A stretch of DNA of 39,603 nt from Actinobacteria bacterium UBA7398 (GTDB lineage: Bacteria; Actinomycetota; Actinomycetes; Nanopelagicales; Nanopelagicaceae). A program made the position numbers and the translations under genes. The stretch covers positions 18,836 to 58,438 of the forward strand of contig DKNC01000067.1 of the NCBI GenBank assembly GCA_002470135.1. The letters run 5' to 3'. Below are positions 1 through 8,673 of the stretch, piece by piece. Each line of letters begins with the position of its first letter. The stretch's first letter is position 1. The notes beneath the pieces are model-generated. The model was not told the DNA's origin and did no database searches. It saw nothing but the letters and a program-made list of their open reading frames with translations.

Positions 1-1607
1 TTAATGAAGAAGCACGTCGCGGCCTAGAGCGCGGTATGAACACATTAGCGGATGCCGTGAAGGTAACCCTTGGACCCCGTGGTCGAAATGTAGTTCTCGA
101 AAAGAAATGGGGCGCACCAACAATTACAAACGACGGCGTATCCATTGCTAAAGAAATTGAGCTTGATGATCCATGGGAAAAAATAGGTGCCGAACTCGTT
201 AAAGAAGTTGCGAAGAAGACTGATGACGTTGCCGGCGATGGCACAACTACCGCAACGGTATTAGCCCAAGCGTTAGTTCGCGAAGGTCTCCGTAACGTTG
301 CAGCTGGTTCAAACCCAATGGCGCTAAAGCGCGGAATTGAAAAAGCTGTTGATGCTATTTCTGCAGAGCTCAGTGCAATGTCAAAGCCAGTTGAAACCCG
401 CGACCAAATTGCCGCAACTGCTTCAATTTCAGCCGCTGATTCCACAATCGGCGACATGATTGCTGAAGCAATGGATAAGGTCGGCAAAGAAGGCGTAATC
501 ACAGTTGAAGAGAGCAACACTTTTGGTTTAGAGCTCGAACTTACTGAAGGTATGCGCTTTGATAAAGGGTACATCTCGGCTTACATGATTACTGATACTG
601 ATCGCATGGAAGCGATTTTAGAAGATGCTTATGTATTGATTGCAAATAGCAAGATTGCAAACATCAAAGATCTAGTGCCAATCCTTGAAAAAGTTATGCA
701 ATCAGGTAAGCCACTTCTCATCATCGCTGAAGATGTTGAGGGAGAAGCGCTCGCTACTCTCGTGGTTAACAAAGTGCGTGGAACTTTCAAATCAGTTGCG
801 GTTAAAGCCCCAGGCTTTGGCGATCGCCGTAAGTCGATGTTGCAAGACATTGCAATTTTGACTGGCGCAACTGTGATTTCTGAAGAAGTTGGCTTAAAAC
901 TTGATGCCGCAACTTTGGATCTTCTAGGAAAAGCACGGAAAATCGTGATTACTAAGGATGAGACCACCATTGTTGAAGGTGGCGGCGATGACGAGCAAAT
1001 TAAAGGCAGAGTTAACCAAATTCGCGCTGAAATTGAGAAGAGCGACTCAGATTACGACCGCGAGAAGCTGCAAGAGCGGTTAGCAAAACTTGCTGGCGGC
1101 GTTGCAGTTATCAAGGCTGGTGCTGCTACTGAAGTTGAACTAAAAGAGCGTAAACACCGGATTGAAGATGCAGTCCGAAATGCTAAAGCTGCTGTTGAAG
1201 AAGGCATTGTTGCCGGCGGTGGCGTTGCACTTCTACAAGCATCAAAGAAAGCATTTGCTAATTTGAAACTTGTTGGCGATGAAGCTACCGGCGCAAAGAT
1301 TGTTGAGCTTGCAGTTGAGTCACCACTTAAGCAGATTGCTATAAATGCTGGACTTGAAGGCGGCGTAGTTGTTGAGAAAGTTCGCAACCTCGAAGCTGGA
1401 TTTGGATTAAATGCGGCAAGTGGTGAATACGTAGACATGATTAAAGCTGGAATTATTGACCCAGCTAAAGTGACTCGTTCTGCTTTACAAAACGCAGCAT
1501 CAATCGCAGCACTTTTCCTAACAACTGAAGCAGTAATTACAGATAAGCCGGAACCTAAGTCAGCAGCTCCAGCTGGTGGCCCTGGTGGTGGCGATATGGA
1601 TTTCTAA
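1..1607 (+). CDS. groEL: Chaperonin GroEL (60 kDa), 5' end cut by the window edge
   Basis: The frame is open from nt 3 ([11 protein letters not shown] then MNTLADAVK), so the Met at 36 is internal. Contains the classic [12 protein letters not shown] motif. Full-length GroEL-like body with a Gly-rich C-terminal tail, [10 protein letters not shown]. Confidence 0.97.
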   Translation, partial: NEEARRGLERGMNTLADAVKVTLGPRGRNVVLEKKWGAPTITNDGVSIAKEIELDDPWEKIGAELVKEVAKKTDDVAGDGTTTATVLAQALVREGLRNVAAGSNPMALKRGIEKAVDAISAELSAMSKPVETRDQIAATASISAADSTIGDMIAEAMDKVGKEGVITVEESNTFGLELELTEGMRFDKGYISAYMITDTDRMEAILEDAYVLIANSKIANIKDLVPILEKVMQSGKPLLIIAEDVEGEALATLVVNKVRGTFKSVAVKAPGFGDRRKSMLQDIAILTGATVISEEVGLKLDAATLDLLGKARKIVITKDETTIVEGGGDDEQIKGRVNQIRAEIEKSDSDYDREKLQERLAKLAGGVAVIKAGAATEVELKERKHRIEDAVRNAKAAVEEGIVAGGGVALLQASKKAFANLKLVGDEATGAKIVELAVESPLKQIAINAGLEGGVVVEKVRNLEAGFGLNAASGEYVDMIKAGIIDPAKVTRSALQNAASIAALFLTTEAVITDKPEPKSAAPAGGPGGGDMDF

Positions 1608-1615
1608 GAAACCTA

Positions 1616-2305
1616 ATGGCATCTAAAACTTCGAAGTCGCGGGACATTTTCAATGCTGCAGAGTTAGCTAAGTCTGCAGCTATTGAAGATGCCCGCGATT
1701 CGAAATTTGTGGGCGAAATAGTTTCGATTGAATCCGATGAAGATCATGTTGCTACTTACTTATTTGAAGCCACACTTCCAGGCTATTTAGGTTGGCGTTG
1801 GGCCGTAACAGTTACAAAAGTTGATAGCGATAGCGCACCAACAATTTGTGATGTAGTTCTATTGCCAGGTGTTGATTCTTTACTTGCCCCCGAGTGGATT
1901 CCTTACCGAGATCGAATTCAACCTGGCGATGTTGGCGTTGGCGATGTTGTCCCAACGGCCGCAGATGATGAACGCTTAGTTCCTGGTTTTGCAGTTCTAC
2001 CTGGTGATGAAGAGTTAGAGCTCAGCCAATTATTTGAATTTGGCTTAGGCCGAGCCCGCGTGCTTTCAATCGTTGGTCGCGATCAAGCTAGTAAGCGTTG
2101 GCATGAAGGCGATCGCGGCCCGAACACACCAATGGCGCAATTCGCACCAAAAAATTGCGCATCATGCGGTTTCTATATTTCAATTGCCGGTTCACTTCGC
2201 CAAGCTTTTGGCGTCTGCGCCAACGCAATTTCTCCCGAAGATGGTCGCGTAGTTTCGATCGATCACGGCTGTGGTGCGCACTCAGAGGCGTTAGTAACCG
2301 AATAA
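1616..2305 (+). CDS. DUF3027-like conserved actinobacterial protein of unknown function
   Basis: 229-aa ORF starting 8 nt after the groEL stop. C-terminal Cys/His cluster CASCGFY...FGVCAN...DHGCGAHSE, which I recognise as the DUF3027 signature usually found beside csp genes in Actinobacteria. Confidence 0.75.
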   Translation: MASKTSKSRDIFNAAELAKSAAIEDARDSKFVGEIVSIESDEDHVATYLFEATLPGYLGWRWAVTVTKVDSDSAPTICDVVLLPGVDSLLAPEWIPYRDRIQPGDVGVGDVVPTAADDERLVPGFAVLPGDEELELSQLFEFGLGRARVLSIVGRDQASKRWHEGDRGPNTPMAQFAPKNCASCGFYISIAGSLRQAFGVCANAISPEDGRVVSIDHGCGAHSEALVTE

Positions 2306-2406
2306 ACCCCTTACCAAGTCGCAATTGATCTGCGATAAAGTACTCCTCTGCCCGCACCCCCGCGGCTTACCTAAACGAATACTTAAAACTTGAATTGGAG
2401 ATCCTC

Positions 2407-2790
2407 ATGCCAACTGGACGCGTTAAATGGTTCAGCCTTGAAAAAGGTTTTGGTTTTATCGCATCAGATGAAGGCGAAGATGTTTATCTCGCTGCCGCAA
2501 ATCTGCCTGACGGTGTCACAACCGTTAAGCCTGGAACTAAATTAGAATTCGGTGTTGCAGATGGTCGTCGCGGTCCACAAGCGCTTTCGATTCGAATAAT
2601 TGATGCACCGCCTTCATTAGCTGCTAATGCTCGTACCAACCATGATGATCTTGCTGTGATTGTAGAAGAGAGCATCAAAATGTTAGATCGAGTTGGAAAT
2701 GGTTTAAGACAAGGACGTTATCCATCAGATGCTGAAGCAGCTCGAGTTGCTAAAGTTTTGCGCGGCATTGCTCAACAAATTGAAGGTTAA
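2407..2790 (+). CDS. Cold-shock domain protein, long form (CSD plus C-terminal extension)
   Basis: ATG at 2407 is preceded by GGAG at 2397-2400; the track's TTG at 2395 is probably an over-extension. Contains GRVKWFSLEKGFGFI (RNP1 KGFGFI), then a ~60-aa non-CSD tail like mycobacterial CspB-type proteins. Confidence 0.9.
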   Translation: MPTGRVKWFSLEKGFGFIASDEGEDVYLAAANLPDGVTTVKPGTKLEFGVADGRRGPQALSIRIIDAPPSLAANARTNHDDLAVIVEESIKMLDRVGNGLRQGRYPSDAEAARVAKVLRGIAQQIEG

Positions 2791-2963
2791 TTACTTTCTC
2801 TTTTAGCTCGACGAATTGTGTAGCGGATTCCCATTAATCCGAAAGCGATTCCGACTGCGCACATGTATAAGACTTTACTATCAGCATCAGTTGCAAGCGC
2901 GAACGCAAAAACAATTATCCAGGCAATGATTCCTGCCACTATTACTGGTATGGAACCTCTCAT
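2787..2963 (-). CDS. Small two-TM membrane protein (possibly DUF2530-like)
   Basis: 58-aa ORF from the ATG at 2963 (track start 2981 is TTG). Two hydrophobic segments, IPVIVAGIIAWIIVFAFALA and VLYMCAVGIAFGLMGI, and a basic C-terminus. Its stop overlaps the csp stop in a shared TTAA. Confidence 0.5.
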   Translation of the reverse strand: MRGSIPVIVAGIIAWIIVFAFALATDADSKVLYMCAVGIAFGLMGIRYTIRRAKRESN

Positions 2964-2980
2964 GGAAATAGAGTACTCCA

Positions 2981-4228
2981 ATGAACTCGATGCGGTCTTT
3001 CAAGCACCGCAACTTTAGAATTCTTTATCCGGCGAGTACTGCTTCAAATATTGGCACTTGGGCTCAACGGGTTGCGCAAGATTGGTTGGTATTGCAATTA
3101 ACCGGTAGCGGAACATATGTTGGACTTGTTGTTGGGCTGCAATTCTTGCCGGCACTTCTTTTAAGTATGCAAGGTGGAAAACTTGCTGATCGTTTTAATA
3201 AACGAAGAACGCTAATTATTTGCAATATCAGCGGCGGTCTTTCGGCCGCGATACTTGGCACACTTGTCGTAACAGAACAGGTAAAACTTTGGCATGTATT
3301 TTTCTTTGCATTTACACTGGGGACCGCGAGCGCGATTGACGCTCCGGTTAGACAGAGCTTTACCGCAGAGATTGTGGGTAAAGCTGATTTACCTAACGCA
3401 GTAAGCCTTAACTCTGCGAACTTCAACCTAGCCAGACTAATTGGACCAGGTTTATCCGGCTTATTAATTGCGGCATTTGGTACCGGACCATCCTTCTTAT
3501 TAAATGCGGTTTCGTACCTATTTATCATTACCGCGCTTTTGTTTTTACGAGAACGCGATATGTTTATTGAGAATAAACCAAATCTAAACGCAAAAATTTC
3601 GGAAGCCTTTAGGTATGTGAAAGCCCGGCCTGATATTTATGCAGTGATGATTACAGTATTCTTTACCGCAACTTTTGGTCTAAATTTTATGTTGTTTAAT
3701 ACTTTAATGACAACAAAAGTTTTTGGTAAAGGCGCTGCATCTTACGGAGCGCTCGGAAGTATTCTGGCAATCGGTTCACTCACTGGTGCGCTTATCTCAG
3801 CGAGGTTAGAGAAAAAGCGCCATCCATCTTATGTAATGCGAGGTTCAGCGCTATTTGGAGCTATTGTTGTAATTGAAAGTTTTGCACCAACTTTTACAGT
3901 TTATGCATGCTTACTTCCAATTGGTGGTTGTATTGCGCTATTGACCTTAGTGAGTGCAAATTCAATGGTACAAGTTCGAACTGATCCAGCAATTCGCGGT
4001 CGGGTAATGGGGATTTACTTAACAATTTTTATGGGTGGAACTCCACTAGGTTCGCCGCTCATAGGTTGGCTAAGCACAACTATTGGTGTGCGCCAGACAA
4101 TGTTTCTTTGCGGTTCTATTACCTTTTCGGCAGCAATTTTGGTCTATCTAAGATTTAAGAACCGGATTGAAACGCCAGCAAGTTTCTTAGTAGGTGATGT
4201 TTTAGAAACTACTTATGAGAATAAGTAG
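2981..4228 (+). CDS. MFS transporter (EntS/MFS_3-like)
   Basis: 415 aa, multiple hydrophobic helices throughout, motif-A-like GGKLADRFNKRR after TM2. Confidence 0.85.
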   Translation: MNSMRSFKHRNFRILYPASTASNIGTWAQRVAQDWLVLQLTGSGTYVGLVVGLQFLPALLLSMQGGKLADRFNKRRTLIICNISGGLSAAILGTLVVTEQVKLWHVFFFAFTLGTASAIDAPVRQSFTAEIVGKADLPNAVSLNSANFNLARLIGPGLSGLLIAAFGTGPSFLLNAVSYLFIITALLFLRERDMFIENKPNLNAKISEAFRYVKARPDIYAVMITVFFTATFGLNFMLFNTLMTTKVFGKGAASYGALGSILAIGSLTGALISARLEKKRHPSYVMRGSALFGAIVVIESFAPTFTVYACLLPIGGCIALLTLVSANSMVQVRTDPAIRGRVMGIYLTIFMGGTPLGSPLIGWLSTTIGVRQTMFLCGSITFSAAILVYLRFKNRIETPASFLVGDVLETTYENK

Positions 4229-4288
4229 TACCAGGCTTATTAGCGTAATAATTGTGACAATTCGTCTAGTTCGATAATTCATAAGTAA

Positions 4289-5464
4289 TTAATCCAATTC
4301 TTTGGTTGGGGTAACAAGTACTAAAACTATTGCAATCAGGACAATTATTGGAACCATTAAATATCCTTTGGAAATGCCAATCTGATCAGCTAAAAATCCA
4401 AGTAAAAGCGGTGCAACCGCAATCGCCGAACCTGCGCCAAGTGCGCTGATTCCCATTGCTAAATCTGGACGCTTCTCACTTAATCTAATTAACCGTAAGG
4501 AATTTAAAGTGAACTGCATGGAAATTCCGAGTCCAGATATCAATAACCCGAAGAAAGAAAATAGTGGGTTATGCGAAAACCAAAACACGGTAAAACCTGA
4601 AAGTTGGAATACGAGTAGGAAAATTAATCGTTGATCTAGATCGATATGGGTCATAATTAAAGGACCAAACCATCGTCCAAGTGCCATTCCTAAGCTGCCA
4701 GCAAGCACTGCAATAGTTGCGCCAGCTGCAGTGAAATTTGTACGATCTTTAAAAAGGGAAGCACTCCAAAACGTCATCGCAAATTCACTTGAAATACAGA
4801 GCGTTATGGCAAGCCAACCAATCCAATATTTGCTACTTAATTTTCCACTCTGTCTGCCTGATGGTTCTGGAATATGTTCTTCACTATGGTGTTTTCGTGC
4901 AAATAAATAAAGCGCAGCGCCGGCTGGGAAAATTAATAAAAGTCCGAACCGCCAATTTATTGAAGTCCCAGCTAACGCACCAATTAGTAGCGTTCCGAAA
5001 ACCACAAATAATGAATTAACGCCATTTGCTTGCGAAGCTGCTCGAGTTTGATGGTTCGAGTAATGGTTTGTGAGTAACGCAAAACCAGAATTTATTGTTA
5101 GCGAAACGCCAACTCCAATTATGGCAGATGCCGTAATTGAAATTAATGGAGAGGGTGCAAGTATGAACATTATTGCGCCGACCCCGAATATGCCAATTCC
5201 AATCCAAGAAGTCTTAAACCTGCCAAATTTATGAACTATTTGAGCATTTATTAAACCAGCCAGAATGCTCGCTAATCCAAGCGATGTTCCATGTAGCCCT
5301 GCGATAGCACCACTTGTTCCTTGGTCGCTTTGTAATAGCGGTTGCGCTGGGCCAAAACCGCCCATAAAAAAACCAAATACTGCGGATTGCAACGCCACGC
5401 TCCAGAACGTTGCGTCGTGATTAAATTTTTTATCTGTTGGCGTACTGCTCATATCATTTTGCAA
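4289..5464 (-). CDS. MFS transporter, substrate unknown
   Basis: 391 aa, about 12 hydrophobic segments. The start is either TTG at 5464 or ATG at 5452. The ATG lies 1 nt after the serC TGA stop, which suggests translational coupling. Confidence 0.8.
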   Translation of the reverse strand: MQNDMSSTPTDKKFNHDATFWSVALQSAVFGFFMGGFGPAQPLLQSDQGTSGAIAGLHGTSLGLASILAGLINAQIVHKFGRFKTSWIGIGIFGVGAIMFILAPSPLISITASAIIGVGVSLTINSGFALLTNHYSNHQTRAASQANGVNSLFVVFGTLLIGALAGTSINWRFGLLLIFPAGAALYLFARKHHSEEHIPEPSGRQSGKLSSKYWIGWLAITLCISSEFAMTFWSASLFKDRTNFTAAGATIAVLAGSLGMALGRWFGPLIMTHIDLDQRLIFLLVFQLSGFTVFWFSHNPLFSFFGLLISGLGISMQFTLNSLRLIRLSEKRPDLAMGISALGAGSAIAVAPLLLGFLADQIGISKGYLMVPIIVLIAIVLVLVTPTKELD

Positions 5465-6578
5465 GCGCGGAAGCTACGTATTCGATACAAGAAATTAGCG
5501 CATCGATATCGGCAGGGTCAACAGCAGGGAACATGCCAATTCTAAGTTGATTCTTACCGAGCTTTCGATACGGCTCAGTATCAACTATGCCGTTAGCGCG
5601 TAAAACTTTAGCAATTTCAAGTGCATCAATTGATTCATCAAAGTTGATAGTTGCAACCACATTTGAGCGAGCGGCCGGATCGGTAACAAACGGTGTTGTA
5701 TAACTTGTTTTATCAGCCCAGCCATACATTTTCGCAGCAGATTCTGCACTTCTACCAGCGGCAAATTTTAAACCGCCATTATTGTTCATCCACTCAATTT
5801 GTTCAGCCAACATAATTAGAGTTGCGACTGCAGGGGTGTTATAAGTTTGATCTAACTTACTATTTTCAATAGCAATGTTTAAATCAAAAAATGCTGGAAC
5901 CCAACGACCATTTTCTTTTATTTTTGCGGCACGTGCTAACGCAGCTGGACTCATTAAAGCGATCCAAAGCCCACCATCTGAGGCGAAAGATTTTTGCGGC
6001 GCAAAGTAATAAGTATCGAATTCAGTTGCGGAAACTGCCAACCCACCTGCACCGCTAGTTGCATCTACTAAAACTAGTGCGCCATCGGTTCCAGTTGGAC
6101 GCTTGATCGGCATGGAAACTCCGGTACTTGTTTCGTTATGAGTAAGTGCATAGACATCAATGCCAGATTCTGCAATTGGAAGTGGATGAGTGCCTGGTTC
6201 GGATTTGATAACAGTGGGCTCATCGAGAAAAGGCGCAGCTTTTGCAGCTTCTGCAAATTTAGATGAGAATTCGCCAAAAATTAAATGCTGCGATTTCTTT
6301 TCAATTAAACCAAAAGTCGCAATATCCCAAAATGCAGTAGAACCACCATTTCCAAGTACTACTTCATAACCTTCAGGTAATGTGAAAAGTGAAGTAAGTC
6401 CAGTGCGAACCCGATTTACTACTTGCTTTACTGGCTTTTGTCGATGTGAAGTTCCAAGAATATTTGTACCACTCGAAACTAGAGCCGAAATAGCTTCGGG
6501 TCGAATTCTGGATGGCCCGCAACCAAAACGACCATCAACTGGCTTTAAATTATTTGGAATTATTATCGGTTCGCTCAT
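5454..6578 (-). CDS. serC: Phosphoserine aminotransferase (actinobacterial SerC type)
   Basis: 374 aa. N-terminal DGRFGCGPSRIRPE and the PLP-lysine context YYFAPQKSFASDGG are typical of the mycobacterial-type SerC family. Confidence 0.9.
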   Translation of the reverse strand: MSEPIIIPNNLKPVDGRFGCGPSRIRPEAISALVSSGTNILGTSHRQKPVKQVVNRVRTGLTSLFTLPEGYEVVLGNGGSTAFWDIATFGLIEKKSQHLIFGEFSSKFAEAAKAAPFLDEPTVIKSEPGTHPLPIAESGIDVYALTHNETSTGVSMPIKRPTGTDGALVLVDATSGAGGLAVSATEFDTYYFAPQKSFASDGGLWIALMSPAALARAAKIKENGRWVPAFFDLNIAIENSKLDQTYNTPAVATLIMLAEQIEWMNNNGGLKFAAGRSAESAAKMYGWADKTSYTTPFVTDPAARSNVVATINFDESIDALEIAKVLRANGIVDTEPYRKLGKNQLRIGMFPAVDPADIDALISCIEYVASALAK

Positions 6579-6587
6579 CTGCGTAGC

Positions 6588-7325
6588 CTATGGGTAGAAC
6601 CTTTCTAGGTTCCATTGGGTTTTCGCCGCGGCGTCGTAAGTTCGCACATATCGAACTCGATCATGCAATCTGGAATATCTACCTTGCCAAAATTCAATAT
6701 TGGTTGGAGTAATTAGGTATCCACCCCAATGTGGCGGGATCGGGACTGGAGTACCTTCCGGATATTTATTTGCCAATTCGGAGTAAGCGTTCTCCAAAGT
6801 TTCTCTGGTAGCTAATCGTTTTGATTGGTGGCTAGCCCATGCGCCAATCTGACTCGACCATGGTCGCGTTGCGAAGTAAGCCTCGCTCTCGGCACGTGCA
6901 ATTTTCGAAGCACTTCCCAAGACAATAACTTGGCGCTCCATGGCATACCAAGGGAAGAGCATTGAAACGTTGGCGTTAGCAGCTATATCAATCGCTTTTG
7001 CCGACTCATAATTGGTAAAAAAAGTAAAGCCATTTTCGGTTACATCTTTTAATAAGACCGATCTTGAAGTTGGCTGATTTTCAAAAACGGTAGATAGAAC
7101 CATGGCATTTGCTTCCACAATGAATGGATTAGTAGCAGCATCTGCGAGCCACTTCGTGAATTGCGAAATTGGATTTTGGTCGAGTTCGCCCTCGGTCAAT
7201 CCAACCTCACCATATGATCGGCGCATCGCCGAAACCTTGGAACGGATATCGGTGATTGGTGGTTCTTGTGCTTCGCTCATAGGTGTATCTAACGTCACTT
7301 TCATACTTTGGGCATCTTTAGCCAA
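6588..7325 (-). CDS. pdxH: Pyridoxamine 5'-phosphate oxidase
   Basis: Signature IEFWQGRYSRLHDRVRY near the C-terminus and FTFFTNYESAK in the FMN-binding region. The start is uncertain: TTG at 7325, ATG at 7304 or ATG at 7280. Confidence 0.9.
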   Translation of the reverse strand: MAKDAQSMKVTLDTPMSEAQEPPITDIRSKVSAMRRSYGEVGLTEGELDQNPISQFTKWLADAATNPFIVEANAMVLSTVFENQPTSRSVLLKDVTENGFTFFTNYESAKAIDIAANANVSMLFPWYAMERQVIVLGSASKIARAESEAYFATRPWSSQIGAWASHQSKRLATRETLENAYSELANKYPEGTPVPIPPHWGGYLITPTNIEFWQGRYSRLHDRVRYVRTYDAAAKTQWNLERFYP

Positions 7326-7395
7326 GTGGTTTTACCGAACTAGGCTTTAACGGCAGAATAGGGAGCGGAAATTAAATTCTTTGGGAGGCGGCATC

Positions 7396-8511
7396 ATGAG
7401 CGATGATTTCAAACCAGGTTTAGAAGGAGTAATAGCCTTTGAATCAGAGATCGCAGAGCCGGATAAAGAAGGTAGCGCGCTCCGTTATCGCGGTGTTGAT
7501 ATTGAAGATTTAGTTGGTCGAGTTTCATTTGGAAACGTATGGGGATTATTAGTTGATGATGAATTTAATCCAGGTTTGCCGAACGCCGAAAAATTTCCAT
7601 TACCAGTTCACTCTGGTGATGTGCGCGTAGATGTACAAGCTGCGATTTCAATGTTGGCACCTGCTTGGGGTTTAAAACCACTTTTAGATATTGATGACGC
7701 CGAAGCACGTAGCAATTTAGCGCGGGCCTCTGTAATGGTGCTTTCTTATTTAGCGCAAGCAGCCCGAGGTGTTGTGCTTCCTGCTGTCCCAGAATCTGAA
7801 ATAGATAAGGCACACACCGTCGTGGAACGAATGATGATTCGTTGGCGAGGCGAACCAGATCCACAGCATGTCAGAGCTGTCGATGCATATTTTGTTTCCG
7901 CGGCCGAACATGGAATGAATGCTTCAACATTTACCGCTCGCGTAATTGCATCAACTGGCGCAGATGTTGCAGCTGCACTTTCTGGCGCAATCGGCGCGAT
8001 GTCCGGCCCGTTGCATGGTGGCGCACCTTCGCGAGTACTTCACATGATTGAAGAAGTTGAAAAATCTGGAGATGCAACTGGATACGTAAAAGGATTATTA
8101 GATCGTCATGAACGGTTGATGGGATTTGGTCATCGGGTTTATCGCGCCGAAGATCCACGCGCTCGCACTTTGCGTCGCACTGCAAAAGAATTAAATGCAC
8201 CTCGTTATGAAGTTGCTGAAGCTTTGGAAAAAGCAGCGCTAAAAGAACTTCGCGAACGTCAACCAGATCGAGTACTTGAAACCAACGTTGAATTCTGGGC
8301 TGCAATTATTTTGGACTTTGCAGAAATTCCTTCGCACTTATTCACAACAATGTTCACTGCGGCACGTACTGCCGGTTGGTCGGCACATATATTGGAACAA
8401 AAGCGCACCGGCAGATTGATTCGGCCATCGGCTAGATATATCGGTAAGGGGCCCCGCAAACCTGAGGCAGTTCAGGGTTGGGATAACTCGGTACCAGGGG
8501 TTCATAACTAA
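7396..8511 (+). CDS. Citrate synthase (short, CitA-like form)
   Basis: ATG at 7396 is preceded by GGGAGG; the track's TTG at 7381 is probably an over-extension. Contains the motifs GPLHGGAPS and GFGHRVYRAEDPRA. Confidence 0.9.
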   Translation: MSDDFKPGLEGVIAFESEIAEPDKEGSALRYRGVDIEDLVGRVSFGNVWGLLVDDEFNPGLPNAEKFPLPVHSGDVRVDVQAAISMLAPAWGLKPLLDIDDAEARSNLARASVMVLSYLAQAARGVVLPAVPESEIDKAHTVVERMMIRWRGEPDPQHVRAVDAYFVSAAEHGMNASTFTARVIASTGADVAAALSGAIGAMSGPLHGGAPSRVLHMIEEVEKSGDATGYVKGLLDRHERLMGFGHRVYRAEDPRARTLRRTAKELNAPRYEVAEALEKAALKELRERQPDRVLETNVEFWAAIILDFAEIPSHLFTTMFTAARTAGWSAHILEQKRTGRLIRPSARYIGKGPRKPEAVQGWDNSVPGVHN

Positions 8512-8533
8512 CCTCCGAATTTCAGCAATCACT

Positions 8534-8560
8534 CCTTTTATAACAATTTGATATAAAAGG
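8534..8560. repeat. 9-bp inverted repeat CCTTTTATA-N9-TATAAAAGG, between citrate synthase and the sugar ABC operon
   Basis: Read directly from the sequence. The stem is AT-rich and no T-tract follows. It could be a weak terminator for citrate synthase or an operator for the downstream operon. Confidence 0.3.
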
Positions 8561-8673
8561 CATCAAATGACTGGCTCCGTGAGGGTCTGGCTTGGAATTA
8601 CTCGCCCGTTAGGGCTTAAATGAACCATTGCCTTACCCCTCGTAATGGCAAATTAGATGAATTTAGGAGAAAA

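Noticed and set aside
629-1438. Two antisense ORFs (113 and 128 aa) inside groEL
   Set aside because: They lie fully within a highly conserved gene on the opposite strand. Their Ser/Ala/Thr/Pro-rich, low-complexity translations are typical mirror-frame artefacts, and they have no SD.
4237-4251. TTATTA-gcg-TAATAA hairpin between the convergent MFS genes, as a bidirectional terminator
   Set aside because: It is a 6-bp all-AT stem with a 3-nt loop, too weak to call. I mention it only in the finding on convergent junctions.
8571-8592. Direct repeat CTGGCT...CTGGCT upstream of the sugar operon, as a regulator binding site
   Set aside because: It consists of only two 6-mers 16 nt apart, which is easily chance. 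It matches no operator consensus that I know.
8620-8673. Upstream start for the substrate-binding protein (MNHCLTPRNGKLDEFRRK...)
   Set aside because: The ATG at 8674 has a good AGGAGA SD and begins a canonical signal peptide. The extension adds 18 non-signal residues.
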